64,000 bases of DNA from a virus. Its lineage: Duplodnaviria > Caudoviricetes. A program made the translations under genes and the position numbers. The DNA lies in the IMG/VR virus record IMGVR_UViG_2558860984_000001, positions 32,001 to 96,000 of that record; one strand, 5' to 3'. Within the stretch, counting starts at the first letter, position 1, and the number at the start of each line of letters is the position of its first letter. Shown piece after piece: positions 9,339-19,548 of the stretch. The notes beneath the pieces were generated by a model, which searched no databases, was not told the origin of the DNA, and worked only from the letters and a program-made list of their open reading frames with translations.

Positions 9339-9493
9339 ACGCCACCTACCTCGTGCTCCTCGCCGCCGTAACCACAACTGGCATGACCGTCGGCCCGAAC
9401 CTCCGGCACCCCGGGATCCGCCTGACCGTCGGCATGGTCACCGCCGTTGCGCTGCTCCTCCTGGCCGCCGAGCTGCTGCGGGAGGCCGTCTGA
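9335..9493 (+). CDS. small membrane protein (52 aa)
   Basis: Two hydrophobic stretches; coupled on both sides. Confidence 0.6.
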   Translation: MNATYLVLLAAVTTTGMTVGPNLRHPGIRLTVGMVTAVALLLLAAELLREAV

Positions 9494-10203
9494 TGTCCTC
9501 CGGTGATCTGCTCGTGCTGCTGCTCCTCGCCGCCCTGACGTACGCCCTCCACCGCCGCCGCACAGCCACCGGCCCCGGGGCGTCCGCCACCGACCGCGCC
9601 CGCCGGTTACGCACCTGGCCCGTGCGCCTCGCCGAACTGCTCGGCGTACGCACCGTCGCCGGCCAGCAGGCCCACCGGTACGCCGCCGGCGCCGCAGGAG
9701 AGCGCGCGGTCGCCGCCGCGCTCCGCCCCCTTGAGCGCCAGGGATGGACGCTGTTGCACGACCGGGCCCTGCCCGCCGGCCGCGCGAACCTCGACCTCCT
9801 CGCGATCTCCCCGCGCGGCACTGTCGCCGTCGTCGACGCCAAGAAGTGGTCCGCCCGCCTCCCTGTCACCGTGGCCGGCGGCCGGCTCGTCCACGGCCGC
9901 CACGATGTCACCGCGCGCCTGGACGGTCTCCGCCACGAAGCCGCCGTCGTCACCCAGCACCTCGGCGTCCGGGCCCGCGCGGTCGTCGTCCTCGACGGCC
10001 CCGCCCTCCACGACCACCTCGGGCGCGCAGCCGCGTTCGTAGTCCTCGACGGCATCACCCTCACGACCCGCGCAAATGCCGTGCAGGTCCTCGCCCACCT
10101 CGACAACCAGAACCCGGCTCGCCGATCCCCGCAGGCCGCGCGCCAGCTCGCCGCGCGGGCCGCCGACCTGTTCCCGCCCCACACCGCCAGGAGGCCGCGG
10201 TGA
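9493..10203 (+). CDS. NERD (nuclease-related) domain protein with N-terminal TM anchor
   Basis: GAAGERAVA...LHDRALP...NLDLLAISPRG..VVDAKKW is the NERD PD-(D/E)xK pattern. Confidence 0.85.
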   Translation: MSSGDLLVLLLLAALTYALHRRRTATGPGASATDRARRLRTWPVRLAELLGVRTVAGQQAHRYAAGAAGERAVAAALRPLERQGWTLLHDRALPAGRANLDLLAISPRGTVAVVDAKKWSARLPVTVAGGRLVHGRHDVTARLDGLRHEAAVVTQHLGVRARAVVVLDGPALHDHLGRAAAFVVLDGITLTTRANAVQVLAHLDNQNPARRSPQAARQLAARAADLFPPHTARRPR

Positions 10204-11132
10204 GCGACCACACCGCCCCCGGCCCCGACGAGCTGGCCGTACGCGCCCGCCTCGCCGCCGCCCTCGGCCACAACACCGCGCCCCGGGACACCGAGCCCGC
10301 GGACACCCGGGACACCGGGGCGCGCCGGCCGTGGTGGCGCCGCGCCCGCCGCCGCCCAGAGACCACGCCGGACACGTCGACGGACACCGCGGTGGATTCC
10401 GCGGAACCGGACCAGGATCCGGCGGACCCGGGCCCGGATCCCCGTCCGGACACGGCGGATCGGGATCCGCGCGTACGGCGCCTACGCGCCGACTGGTGGC
10501 GCCTGGCCAGCCCGGACACCGATCCGGATCCGTCCGAAGCCACCCCGGACAGCATCCCGGAAACCCCGGACCGCGGGCCGGACATGCGTAAGGACAGCCC
10601 GGACGCTCCGGACGATCCGGATCCGGCGGACGTCGACGACCACGACGACCACGACGACCACGAGGCCGCCGTCGACGAGGACCAGGACGACGAGCCCGCG
10701 GCCGGCCCGCTGCAGCCGCGGCGCCGCGGGCTCGACTGGAACCCGCCCCCGGCGCCGAACGTGCGCCAGTCCGCCGCGGAGTGGTGGCGCGGATTCTCCG
10801 TCGCCAACGAGTTCCTGCTCCTCAACGGCTCCGCCGTCGCCGCCGGCACCTGGGGCGCCGGCCTGTTCACCGGCGACTGGAGCACCGGTATCCCGCAGCT
10901 CACCCTCACTGCCATGCACGACGCCGCGGCCGAGTCGACCAGCACCTCCACGCCACTGATCCTCGGCGGGCTCATCGTCCTAGGCTCCGCCATCGCCGGA
11001 GCCGCCGCCGCCGGGTTCGCTCTGCGCGTCGTCGGCGCCTCACCGAGCCTCGCTCGCTTCGTGCACTGGGCGCTGGTCCGCGTGCCCGTCGCCTCCACCA
11101 TCACCGGCCTCTGCCTCTACACGACCCCCTGA
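10200..11132 (+). CDS. membrane protein with long Asp/Pro-rich region (transfer/spread operon)
   Basis: AGGAGG RBS, GTGA coupling; C-terminal hydrophobic helices. Confidence 0.7.
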   Translation: MSDHTAPGPDELAVRARLAAALGHNTAPRDTEPADTRDTGARRPWWRRARRRPETTPDTSTDTAVDSAEPDQDPADPGPDPRPDTADRDPRVRRLRADWWRLASPDTDPDPSEATPDSIPETPDRGPDMRKDSPDAPDDPDPADVDDHDDHDDHEAAVDEDQDDEPAAGPLQPRRRGLDWNPPPAPNVRQSAAEWWRGFSVANEFLLLNGSAVAAGTWGAGLFTGDWSTGIPQLTLTAMHDAAAESTSTSTPLILGGLIVLGSAIAGAAAAGFALRVVGASPSLARFVHWALVRVPVASTITGLCLYTTP

Positions 11133-11143
11133 AGAGAGGATCC

Positions 11144-11590
11144 ATGTCTCACACGATCACCACGGCAGCCGGCGAACTGACCACCGCCGTCGGGCCCGTA
11201 TCCGCGACCGGCCTGGCGCTGCTGACCGGGACCATGCTCGTCCTCGGCGTCGCCGGCAAGGGCAAGAAGCGGCTCGCCTCCGGGCCTGCCCAGCTCGTCG
11301 GCGTCGTCACGGAGCTGGCGTTCCTGCGCTCCGGCGCCCCGTTCGCCGACATCGGCGTGGCGTTCCAGTCCATCGCCCAGGGCATCGCCTCGAACCCGGA
11401 CCTCGGCGCGCCCGGGATGGGCGCCGTGTGCCTGCTGTTCATCATCCTGAGCCTGTTCGCCCGGATCGTACCCGTCACCGGCGCGCTCCTCGGGCTCGTC
11501 CTCGGCGGCGCCATGGAGGCCGCCAACGGATCCATCTGGAACGCGCTGGTGGGACTGCTGTCCATCCCGCTCGGGTTCCTGGCGGTCTGA
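11144..11590 (+). CDS. integral membrane protein
   Basis: GAGAGGA RBS; several hydrophobic helices. Confidence 0.75.
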   Translation: MSHTITTAAGELTTAVGPVSATGLALLTGTMLVLGVAGKGKKRLASGPAQLVGVVTELAFLRSGAPFADIGVAFQSIAQGIASNPDLGAPGMGAVCLLFIILSLFARIVPVTGALLGLVLGGAMEAANGSIWNALVGLLSIPLGFLAV

Positions 11591-11591
11591 C

Positions 11592-12455
11592 ATGGGCGCG
11601 TGGAGGCAGACATTCAGCGTGCTGCGGGGAGCGCACCGGCTGGCGCCGGTGCTGGTGCGCTCCACCCGCGTCGTGGTCGTGGCCGCGGCTGGCGTGATCC
11701 GGGGACCGAAGAAGGGCAGCAGCTCCGGCGGGGAGACCTTCGGGCGGCTGCTGGCTGTGTGCGTAGTCGGATACCTGCTGGTGTACCTGACCAGCGGCCG
11801 GGTGTGGCTCTGGTACGTCTACGGCGCGCTGTGGCTGCTCGGCTGCCTGGTCCTGGCCGCCGTACGGCAGGACTTGCCCGAGGTGCTGGCTGCCCCTGAT
11901 GAGCCGCGGGAACACCGATCCCTAGGGGCCCGCCTACGCACCGCGCTGCGCCGCAGCGAAGCTGAGGAGCCGGAATACTCCCCCAAAGTCGATCTTGAAA
12001 AATCGGCAGGGGAGGAGGAGCACACACCTTCCCCGGAGGAGACAGCCGACCGCATCGCCCGCACCGTGATCAAGGCCGTGGCTGATGCAGAAGCACGCGG
12101 ATACCGAGGCATCCACGTCGCTGAACTCCTAGGCATCCTGACCGCTGAAGAACTCCCCGACTTCCGCGAAGTCAACCCCCTTCGGAAGTGGCTGGAGGAA
12201 TCGCACTTTCCCGTCAGCCGGAACCTGAAAGTGGGCGGGAAAGGGCCCACCTGGGGAGTACGCGCCGACGCCCTTTCAGGCGCTCTCGGAATGCCCCTGA
12301 ACGAGGCCCTGGAGACCCTCAGCGCCCCCACCGCCGAGGGGGCACTCGCCATCCCTGCGCCGGCCGCCTGCCCGGCACCCCGCGAGGGCACCCCCGCGGT
12401 CCCCGCAGCACCCTCCGCCGCCGACCCGCAGGAGGTGCCCCAGCGCGGCACCTGA
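11592..12455 (+). CDS. membrane protein with cytoplasmic C-terminal domain
   Basis: Two TM helices near the N-terminus; starts 1 bp after the upstream stop. Confidence 0.7.
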   Translation: MGAWRQTFSVLRGAHRLAPVLVRSTRVVVVAAAGVIRGPKKGSSSGGETFGRLLAVCVVGYLLVYLTSGRVWLWYVYGALWLLGCLVLAAVRQDLPEVLAAPDEPREHRSLGARLRTALRRSEAEEPEYSPKVDLEKSAGEEEHTPSPEETADRIARTVIKAVADAEARGYRGIHVAELLGILTAEELPDFREVNPLRKWLEESHFPVSRNLKVGGKGPTWGVRADALSGALGMPLNEALETLSAPTAEGALAIPAPAACPAPREGTPAVPAAPSAADPQEVPQRGT

Positions 12456-12689
12456 AGGCCGTTCCCAACCCCACTTCCGACCCCGCCGCGTGACCGCCCC
12501 TGGAGGCGGTTGACACCCAGGTCAGCGCCCATCTACCGGGCCCATCTGCCCGACATCTGCCAGGCATCTACCACCCCCATCTACCCGAGGCCGGCCGCCA
12601 TCCGAGAGGGGCTGTCGACCCCGGACCAGCCCCAGCCGCCGCCAGATCCCGCTACCGTCTCTCCTGACAGGCAGACCGGGAGGGACCTC

Positions 12690-12929
12690 ATGGCCTGGCG
12701 ATACGAATGCGACGACTGCCCCTGGCGCTCCACCTGGGGGGACCGCTTCGACGCCGAGCGCATCCAAGGGCAGCACTGGCGCGACGCACACAGCGGAAAG
12801 CCCTCCGCGCACGAACGATTCGTGCGGGACAACGCCAGCAGGGCCATCGAAAGCCCTCAGCAGATGATTTTCGTCGCGGCAGTAATCGCCCTGGCATTCC
12901 TCTACGCCATCTGGGAGAAACTCACCTGA
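12690..12929 (+). CDS. small zinc-finger membrane protein
   Basis: GGGAGG RBS; CDDC...H...H plus C-terminal TM helix. Confidence 0.65.
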   Translation: MAWRYECDDCPWRSTWGDRFDAERIQGQHWRDAHSGKPSAHERFVRDNASRAIESPQQMIFVAAVIALAFLYAIWEKLT

Positions 12930-12967
12930 CCCAGAGCCTGATTCAGCACCCGAGTCCGGCGAGCTGC

Positions 12968-13234
12968 CTACTCGGCAGCCTGACCGCCGGCGCCGCGTTC
13001 CTCCGTTCGTGTGACGAACGTGCCCTTCCCACGCACGGTGACGACCAGGCCGCGCGCACGCAACTCCTCGACCGCGCGGCGGGCCGTTGGTCGGGCCACC
13101 CCGAACTCCTCGCAGATGGCCGCCTCGGACGGGATACGGCGCCGTGGCGGGTACGTGCCGTCCTCGATCCGGGCCGCGAGTACGGCAGCGATCTGCTCGA
13201 ACAGCGGCTCCGGTCCGTCGAGGTCAATGGTCAC
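12968..13234 (-). CDS. GntR-family transcriptional regulator (Kor/TraR-like)
   Basis: PLFEQIAAVL..RI..GTYPP..RIPSEAAICEEFGVARPTARRAVEEL...GKGTFV is the GntR wHTH. Confidence 0.92.
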   Translation of the reverse strand: MTIDLDGPEPLFEQIAAVLAARIEDGTYPPRRRIPSEAAICEEFGVARPTARRAVEELRARGLVVTVRGKGTFVTRTEERGAGGQAAE

Positions 13235-13385
13235 ATTTTGACCGTAGGCGTCCTACGACGATGCTTCTCGTCATGTAACGCCAGGTGACGTCACGTGACA
13301 AGTCCGGCTAAGGTCGGTGGACAGCAAGGACCCCGGCGGTGCGCGAACACCCCGGGGTACGGACTTCCTGACAGGAGCAGGAGCC

Positions 13386-13640
13386 ATGAGCCACGCTACC
13401 GACCCCGTGCAGAGCAGCACCACCGGAAGAACCCGCCGAGCGCAGATCGGCGACAAGGTCCACGACCCGGCCGCCGGCCGCACGGGGATCGTGACGAACA
13501 TCGACCGCGCCGACGTGCACCTTCTACGCCCCGAGTACGGCGGCGGACTCATCGGCAGCGGCGAATGGGAAGCCACCGACCCCACGGCGCTCACGGTGCT
13601 CCAGACCGCGGCCGACCGTGCCAGGGAGGAACTCCCGTGA
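13386..13640 (+). CDS. hypothetical protein divergent from GntR gene
   Basis: AGGAG RBS; upstream hairpin at about 13331-13357; GC3 bias. Confidence 0.7.
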   Translation: MSHATDPVQSSTTGRTRRAQIGDKVHDPAAGRTGIVTNIDRADVHLLRPEYGGGLIGSGEWEATDPTALTVLQTAADRAREELP

Positions 13641-13852
13641 CCATGGGCCGCCACGCTGACGCTCCCCCAGGGCCGCGGGGAGCGCCTGGCGCTGCTGGTC
13701 CTCGCCAGCGTCCTCCTCGGGCTACTCCACTGATCTCAGATAGTCAGAAACGGTCAGTACGCGACATCTGTCCTCGACCACGCATACCGCCCAGTAGCCT
13801 GCCCGCGCACCGATCGCCGACGCCGACCGTGATCACCAACCAAGGGGGGCCC

Positions 13853-14617
13853 ATGACCAAGCTGCTCGGCATCGCCATCGCCGCCACCGCACTGCTCACC
13901 GCCTGCAGCAGCAACGACGACAGCGACACCAACGACAAGCCCAGCCGCACCGCAACCGCCGACGCCCAAGACGCGAAGAGCGGAGCAGACACCGGCGACC
14001 TCGCCACCACAGTCGAGACCTACATCAACAGCCTCTTCAACGGCCACGCCGCCGACGTCTACGACACCGTCTCCCAACGCTGCGTCCCCGCCGTCGGCGA
14101 CCGGGAGACCTTCGCCGAGAGCTGGGAGGACGCCGCCAGCTACGGCGACTTGAAAGCCGGAAACGTCGAGGCCACCGTCGACGGAGACTCCGGCCGCGCG
14201 TCCTACACCGTCGGCAACAGGGACAGCCTGACCCGCACCCGGCAGCAGTGGACCATGGAGGACGGCGCCTGGCGCTGGGACGCCTGCCCCACCACCGAAT
14301 CCGGCACGCCGTCGCCGGTCTCCCAAGACGTCACCATCACCCAGGCCGGCGTCGAGGACCACGAACTGTGGGGCGCCGGCACCTACGTCGTGCACTACGA
14401 GATCACCAACCACGGCACGGCCGACGCCTCGTACTTCGCGCAGCTCGCGTTCCTCGACGCCGACGGCGACCAGCTCGGCACCACCGGCATCACCGCCGAC
14501 AACCTCGGCCCCGGCAAGACCAAGGCCGGCGAAACGCGACCCTTGGAGCCAGAGATCGAGAACGGGCCCTTGGGCGCCGTCACGTCCGTGCAGGTCACCC
14601 AGGTAGAGCTGACCTGA
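13853..14617 (+). CDS. lipoprotein (FxLYD-like C-terminal domain)
   Basis: Signal peptide with lipobox LLTAC; C-terminal AFLDADGDQLG motif. Confidence 0.8.
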   Translation: MTKLLGIAIAATALLTACSSNDDSDTNDKPSRTATADAQDAKSGADTGDLATTVETYINSLFNGHAADVYDTVSQRCVPAVGDRETFAESWEDAASYGDLKAGNVEATVDGDSGRASYTVGNRDSLTRTRQQWTMEDGAWRWDACPTTESGTPSPVSQDVTITQAGVEDHELWGAGTYVVHYEITNHGTADASYFAQLAFLDADGDQLGTTGITADNLGPGKTKAGETRPLEPEIENGPLGAVTSVQVTQVELT

Positions 14618-14635
14618 CCCGGACGACCCCGAGAC

Positions 14636-14683
14636 GAGGCTCCGCTTCCTGCCCACCGCGCAACTCCCGGGAAGCGGGGCCTC
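14636..14683 (+). terminator. stem-loop after lipoprotein gene
   Basis: GAGGCTCCGCTTCCTG / CGGGAAGCGGGGCCTC. Confidence 0.5.
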
Positions 14684-14724
14684 TCACTGCACGCCCCCAG
14701 CCAACGGTAGGAGAGGATCAGTGC

Positions 14725-15147
14725 ATGACGGCGGATGACCTGATCGGCTTCCTGCGAGCGCGACTGGACGAGGACGAAGAATCGGCGAAGGCGTGTGGGG
14801 GAGCACCGTGGTCCGCCGAGGTCCAAGGCATGGTCCACGTCAGCTCGAAGGCAATTCGGGACGAGAAGTGGAAGTTCGGACGCCTCGGCTACGTCGCCAC
14901 AGTCGAGCACGACTGGGACGGGGAGCACATCGTCCGCCACGACCCGGCGCGGGTGCTCAACGAGATCGCCGCCAAGCGGGAGATCATCGAGCAGCACATG
15001 CCAGTAGGCGATGGCACCGTGTGCCTGTCGTACTGCCACACCCGGGCCCCCGGCGAAGCGCAGACCTGGCCGTGCCTCACGCTGCGCCTTCTGGCCATGC
15101 CGTATTCGGGCCACGAGGAGTTCCACGAAGAGTGGCGCCCCCGGTAG
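14725..15147 (+). CDS. DUF6221-like actinobacterial phage/plasmid protein
   Basis: FLRARLDEDE...HIVRHDPARVLNEIAAKREII...LRLLAMPYSGHEEFHEEWRP. Confidence 0.8.
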   Translation: MTADDLIGFLRARLDEDEESAKACGGAPWSAEVQGMVHVSSKAIRDEKWKFGRLGYVATVEHDWDGEHIVRHDPARVLNEIAAKREIIEQHMPVGDGTVCLSYCHTRAPGEAQTWPCLTLRLLAMPYSGHEEFHEEWRPR

Positions 15148-15280
15148 GTGTATCGCACAGAGGCGCCTGGCGTCATCGACTACCAGCGACCGCCGCCGGG
15201 TAGCGTACGAGCTGGTCTGAGCCGTAGTGGATCCAGACCATGGAGGACGCGCGCCGCAGCCGCTGGGTAGGGCGCCCGGT

Positions 15281-15547
15281 TCAGTCGTTGATCGACTTCA
15301 CGGTTGGCCGCCTCTTGGGGGGGACGCCGTACTCCCGGGCGATGTTGCGGATGGTCTGCTCGGTGTAGGGGGTGTGGGCGGCGAACCTGCCCTGACTCAG
15401 GCCGGACTGGGCGAGTTCCTCGGCGAGGACTTTCTGGTAGGCGCGGCGCTTCTTGTCTGCCTCATCGGCGGCATCGTTCATCTCCTTCTCGGCGTCCGTC
15501 ATCCGCTTCGGTGGCGTCCACTCGGGTTGGCGCTGCTTCGCGGTCAT
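15281..15547 (-). CDS. small HTH regulator
   Basis: LSQGRFAAHTPYTEQTIRNIAREYGVPP HTH; TTTTCCAAA box upstream (GTTTGGAAAA at 15571-15580). Confidence 0.7.
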   Translation of the reverse strand: MTAKQRQPEWTPPKRMTDAEKEMNDAADEADKKRRAYQKVLAEELAQSGLSQGRFAAHTPYTEQTIRNIAREYGVPPKRRPTVKSIND

Positions 15548-15841
15548 GCGACGAGTATCCCTCAAGCGTGGTTTGGAAAACGCACTACGCCGCGACCTGG
15601 AGCACGGCCAGATGCTCGACCGCCTCGCGGAGTGTATGAGCCGGGCCAGCCCGCGCATCGAGCTGATGCTTCGCAGTTCGCACTCGTGCACCGACCTGGC
15701 GATGAGAGGCACCTACCGCCGGCCATTCGGGCGCCGTCCGCCGGTGGACCGGCGGTGTCGAGTAGACCGGTCGGCGCCCCGTCCACCGCGAGGAGGACGG
15801 GGCGCCTCCGCGTAGAGGGGCACAATCCCGCCAAACACCTC

Positions 15842-15880
15842 TTCCAAAACTGCTTTTCCAAAGTTCATTTTGGATAGGAT
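15842..15880 (+). promoter_or_regulatory. TTCCAAA-box promoter/operator, copy 1
   Basis: TTCCAAA-N7-TTCCAAA-N6-TTTGGAT overlapping TAGGAT -10. Confidence 0.7.
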
Positions 15881-15917
15881 GTGATTGCACATCACATTCA
15901 AACCAGAAAGGACCGAG

Positions 15918-16793
15918 ATGTCACAAGGTGTTGAGTACGCGAAGGGGCTTGCTGCTACCTCCGCTCTGGCCTCCGCCGCGTACCAGCTGGGCGAGATCGT
16001 GGCCGAGGCGGGCCCGCGCGCCGAGGTCGCCGCACCGGCGATCCACTGCTTCGGGTCGACCGCCGACGCCCAGGACGCGACCGACAGCGACGAGCTGGTC
16101 GACGGCGACGTGCTCGTGGTTCCGTCCGAGGGCATCGTCGCGATTCTCAAGCTGGCCTGGCCCGCGGCCCTGACGGCCGCGCACGGCGAGCTGCACAGGC
16201 CCGTCGAGACGTACGCGGCCGGCGACCGCTTCGTGGGCTCCGACGGCGCGACGCGCACCGTCGACCGCACCGAGCACGGACGCGACGGGCGCCTGTGGCT
16301 GCGCACCGCCGAGGGCTCTGCCTGGCGCGCGGACCGCTGCGAGAAGGTCGACGTCTCCCGCGTCGATGAGGCCCGCAGGGCGGCGCGGCAGGCGGTTGCC
16401 ACGCTGCGGAACCCGACGTCGACCGCGGGCGACGAGGCCGCGGGCGCGATCAGCGAGCTGGGCGAGGCCCTGCGCTACCTCGCGCAGGCGTCCCCCGGCG
16501 CGCTCGACGAGCTGAGCGCCGAGTGCACGCGCCCGATCACCGCCGAGCTGCCCCGGCTCGACGTCGTACCGAGCGACATCGTCCACATGCTCGGCGTGCG
16601 GCTTCACGTCCTCGACACCGGTGTGCAACACGCCGCCGGCGAGAAGCCGCGCTGGTGGGCCGACGTGATCGGCGTCGACGAGGCGGACCGCCGCGCGACG
16701 TACCGGGCGCCGTGGCGCACCTCCATCGCCGTCGAGTACGCGACGTGGGACCTGCTGACCGTCGAACGCCTTTCCCCGCAGCAGCCGTTCTGA
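15918..16793 (+). CDS. hypothetical protein
   Basis: AAAGGA RBS, GC3 bias. Confidence 0.75.
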   Translation: MSQGVEYAKGLAATSALASAAYQLGEIVAEAGPRAEVAAPAIHCFGSTADAQDATDSDELVDGDVLVVPSEGIVAILKLAWPAALTAAHGELHRPVETYAAGDRFVGSDGATRTVDRTEHGRDGRLWLRTAEGSAWRADRCEKVDVSRVDEARRAARQAVATLRNPTSTAGDEAAGAISELGEALRYLAQASPGALDELSAECTRPITAELPRLDVVPSDIVHMLGVRLHVLDTGVQHAAGEKPRWWADVIGVDEADRRATYRAPWRTSIAVEYATWDLLTVERLSPQQPF

Positions 16794-16825
16794 CCTGCAC
16801 CGACCGACAGGAGAGGAAGATCAGC

Positions 16826-17329
16826 ATGTACAAGGTCACCATCGAGCACCCCGGCATCGACGACGAGCGGCTGTACACCTGCAAGAACGGCGGAGAGCTG
16901 CGCAACCTCGTCTACGACGTGCACCGGGCACAGAACCAGGAGATCACCGACCACGGCCAGGCCATCGTCGACGTCGGAGAACTGCGCGACCGCGCGGACA
17001 TCGAGGGCGTCGGCGTGCTCGACGTCGGCGCCGTGAAGGTCCGGGTCGAGCCCGCCGAACACGGCGACGGGGCGTGCGAGGGGCACGAGAGCCCGTACGC
17101 CGGACTCGGCGAGTCCGTGATGTGCGACGGGTCGTGCATCGTGCGCCCGCGCTTCGACCGCCAGGTGCAGATCGATCTTGCCTTGGCGCTCGACGACGCC
17201 GAGCTGGACGCCACGGGCGGGTGCAGCGCGTGCGGGCTGGAGGCCGGGCAGATGTGCGTCGGCTGCGGCCGGTGCAACTGCGAGGGGCACGAGGGTTGCG
17301 AGCGGCCGGCGGCCGAGCCTGCGCGGTAG
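16826..17329 (+). CDS. Cys-rich hypothetical protein
   Basis: GGAGAGG RBS; C-terminal CSACG...CVGCGRCNC..H..C. Confidence 0.75.
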   Translation: MYKVTIEHPGIDDERLYTCKNGGELRNLVYDVHRAQNQEITDHGQAIVDVGELRDRADIEGVGVLDVGAVKVRVEPAEHGDGACEGHESPYAGLGESVMCDGSCIVRPRFDRQVQIDLALALDDAELDATGGCSACGLEAGQMCVGCGRCNCEGHEGCERPAAEPAR

Positions 17330-17343
17330 GCCGCCGGCCAGTT

Positions 17344-17385
17344 CAGGACGCCCTGTCCTCCCTGGTGGGGGGGCAGGGCGTCCTG
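17344..17385 (+). terminator. GC-rich stem-loop terminator
   Basis: CAGGACGCCCTGTCCTCC / GGGGGGCAGGGCGTCCTG. Confidence 0.65.
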
Positions 17386-17466
17386 CTGTCCGCAGGGGGT
17401 GCCCGGCGGTTGTCCGGGATCCATGTCCAGCGTTCCGCTCTTTACCAATTTTTTACACACTCCAGT

Positions 17467-17505
17467 TTCCAAAGAGTATTTTCCAAAATTATCTTTGGAT
17501 AGGAT
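17467..17505 (+). promoter_or_regulatory. TTCCAAA-box promoter/operator, copy 2
   Basis: Same geometry as copy 1, including TTTGGATAGGAT. Confidence 0.7.
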
Positions 17506-17549
17506 TTCGAATGTAACACCCCACCACAAAGCAATGCGAAAGGGACCGG

Positions 17550-17900
17550 ATGAGTGCCACGGACACCACCACCGAACCGGCCAGGTGCCGGAAGTGCCAC
17601 CGGCCCCTGCGCAACACGAGCCCGGACGGACTCGGGCCGAAGTGCCGCCGGAACGTACGACGCGCGAACCGCGAGAACCGCGCCCGCTACCAGGGCTGGC
17701 AGGTCACCAAGGCCGCAGAGGCGTTGGAACTCGGCGCGGTCGTGCCGCTCCGCAAGACCAGCCGCACCCGCGTGTTCCTCGTCGTCAGCGACGACGGCAC
17801 CGAGATCTACCGGGCCGCGGCCTCCGGCCAATGCAACTGCCCGGCCGGCCTGCGCGGCATCCGCTGCTACCACGGCGCGGCGGCAGCCGCCGCGGCCTGA
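17550..17900 (+). CDS. zinc-ribbon (DUF6011-like) plus SWIM zinc-finger protein
   Basis: CRKCHRPL...GLGPKC and CNCPAG...CYH. Confidence 0.8.
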   Translation: MSATDTTTEPARCRKCHRPLRNTSPDGLGPKCRRNVRRANRENRARYQGWQVTKAAEALELGAVVPLRKTSRTRVFLVVSDDGTEIYRAAASGQCNCPAGLRGIRCYHGAAAAAAA

Positions 17901-17926
17901 CCGAACTTCCAGGGAGGGACAGCACC

Positions 17927-18583
17927 ATGAACGGCCACACGAAGGCAGCCACCCGCGCCCGCCTCCTCGCCAAGCTGATCCGGGGCCGCGCCGACGGCCA
18001 CCCCCGGCGGCGCCGCGCGCTGCTCACCGCCGCCCGCCACCTGCACGACGTCACCGCGAACCTCCTCGACGCCGACACCGACACCGACGGCATTCCGCAG
18101 GACGCCGACGCCTCGATCAGCGCCGCGTACCGCGCGCTGACGACCACCGGCACCGACGTGCCCCTCACGCTCCTGCACTACGTCACCGACCCGGTCACCG
18201 GCGCCCGCACGGAGCTGCCCGAGCTGGACCTGATCCACCCAGAGTTCCGCTACCGGGCACGCGAACTGCGCGCCCGCCACCTGTACGTCATCGAGATGGG
18301 CCACCTCGACAGCCGCGACGAAGACGTGGTCCTCGCCGCGCTCGGCGCACTGTGCGACCTGCACCGCGAATGGGACCAGCTCACCGAGGACGCCCGCGAC
18401 GAGCTGCGACGCGACCGCACCCGGCCCGTCATCTACCGCACCCAAGACGGCCTGCGCACCGCCGAGCACCTGCGCGGCCACCTGACCGTGCGCGACGGCA
18501 CCCGCGTCATCGCCTCCCTCGACGTGCCCGAGCACACCGCGCCCGGCGACATCTGGCAGCTCATCAACCAGGCCGCGGCCTGA
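17927..18583 (+). CDS. hypothetical protein
   Basis: GGGAGG RBS, GC3 bias. Confidence 0.75.
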   Translation: MNGHTKAATRARLLAKLIRGRADGHPRRRRALLTAARHLHDVTANLLDADTDTDGIPQDADASISAAYRALTTTGTDVPLTLLHYVTDPVTGARTELPELDLIHPEFRYRARELRARHLYVIEMGHLDSRDEDVVLAALGALCDLHREWDQLTEDARDELRRDRTRPVIYRTQDGLRTAEHLRGHLTVRDGTRVIASLDVPEHTAPGDIWQLINQAAA

Positions 18584-18651
18584 ACCCGATGGAAGGGGGG
18601 CCACGACGCACGCAGTGTTCCGCCCACACCGAGAAGAGAACGGAAGCTGAC

Positions 18652-19548
18652 ATGCCCATCTATCTGCGAGCACCTGAGGCGCCGGCCGGCGGCCCCGACG
18701 GGAAGGGCTGGAACCGCCTGAGCCTCAACGCTCACCTCGGCCTTCCGGCCCAGTGCGCACTGCGCCCCCGACGCTGGGGCGCGCTCCTGGAGTCCCAGGA
18801 CACACGCCGGGCTCGATGGGGCGGTTTCGGTCCCTGCGTGAACGGCGGGAGTTGCGACGAGTGCCCTGTCACGAAGGCACTGGACGAGCGGTGCACGGTC
18901 GTACCGGTGAACGCGCCGCGGGTTCTGGTGCGGATCGAGCCGATCTTCGCGTCCGACACGCTGTTCGGCGGCCCGGACGGGTACAAGCTGTGGGTCACGA
19001 CCGGGCCCGAAGACCAGAACTACCGCAATGGCCCGCCCTGGACCTGGGAAGACGCTGTGCGCGTCCGCGGCTGGGAACTGGGCCGTCCGTACCTGGACGA
19101 GCACGGTGTGGGCTTCTGGCTGGAACGCACGGCGCGCGTCCCCGCCCTCGGCTGCGTCATCACCAGCCGCCCTCGCTCCTCCTCTACCCGGCACGCGTTC
19201 CGGGTGGCCGGCTGCGGCGTCGCCCTCCTCCACTGCGCCGGCGGGTGCAGCCACGACACCGAGCTGCTGAACGCCATCTCGCATGCCTGCCCCGGCCCGG
19301 ACGGTGCCAACGAGGAGCGCGTACCGGTCCGATGGACGCAGGCGCCGGAGATGACGCCACCGCCCACCGGCCGCTTCCGGGTCCACGTCGACGTGCGCCC
19401 CATGAGCGTCGTGATCAGCGTCGTGGAGAGCGACCGGCGCGAACGGGCCCGACTGACGCTCACCGGTTCCGGGTGGACGGCTGAGCGTGTGCGAGCAGCC
19501 GGCGAGGCACTCTGCACGCTGGCGGTCCCGGCCCCGGCGACCGCATGA
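18652..19548 (+). CDS. hypothetical protein
   Basis: Purine-rich RBS region; ATGA coupling to next gene. Confidence 0.65.
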   Translation: MPIYLRAPEAPAGGPDGKGWNRLSLNAHLGLPAQCALRPRRWGALLESQDTRRARWGGFGPCVNGGSCDECPVTKALDERCTVVPVNAPRVLVRIEPIFASDTLFGGPDGYKLWVTTGPEDQNYRNGPPWTWEDAVRVRGWELGRPYLDEHGVGFWLERTARVPALGCVITSRPRSSSTRHAFRVAGCGVALLHCAGGCSHDTELLNAISHACPGPDGANEERVPVRWTQAPEMTPPPTGRFRVHVDVRPMSVVISVVESDRRERARLTLTGSGWTAERVRAAGEALCTLAVPAPATA

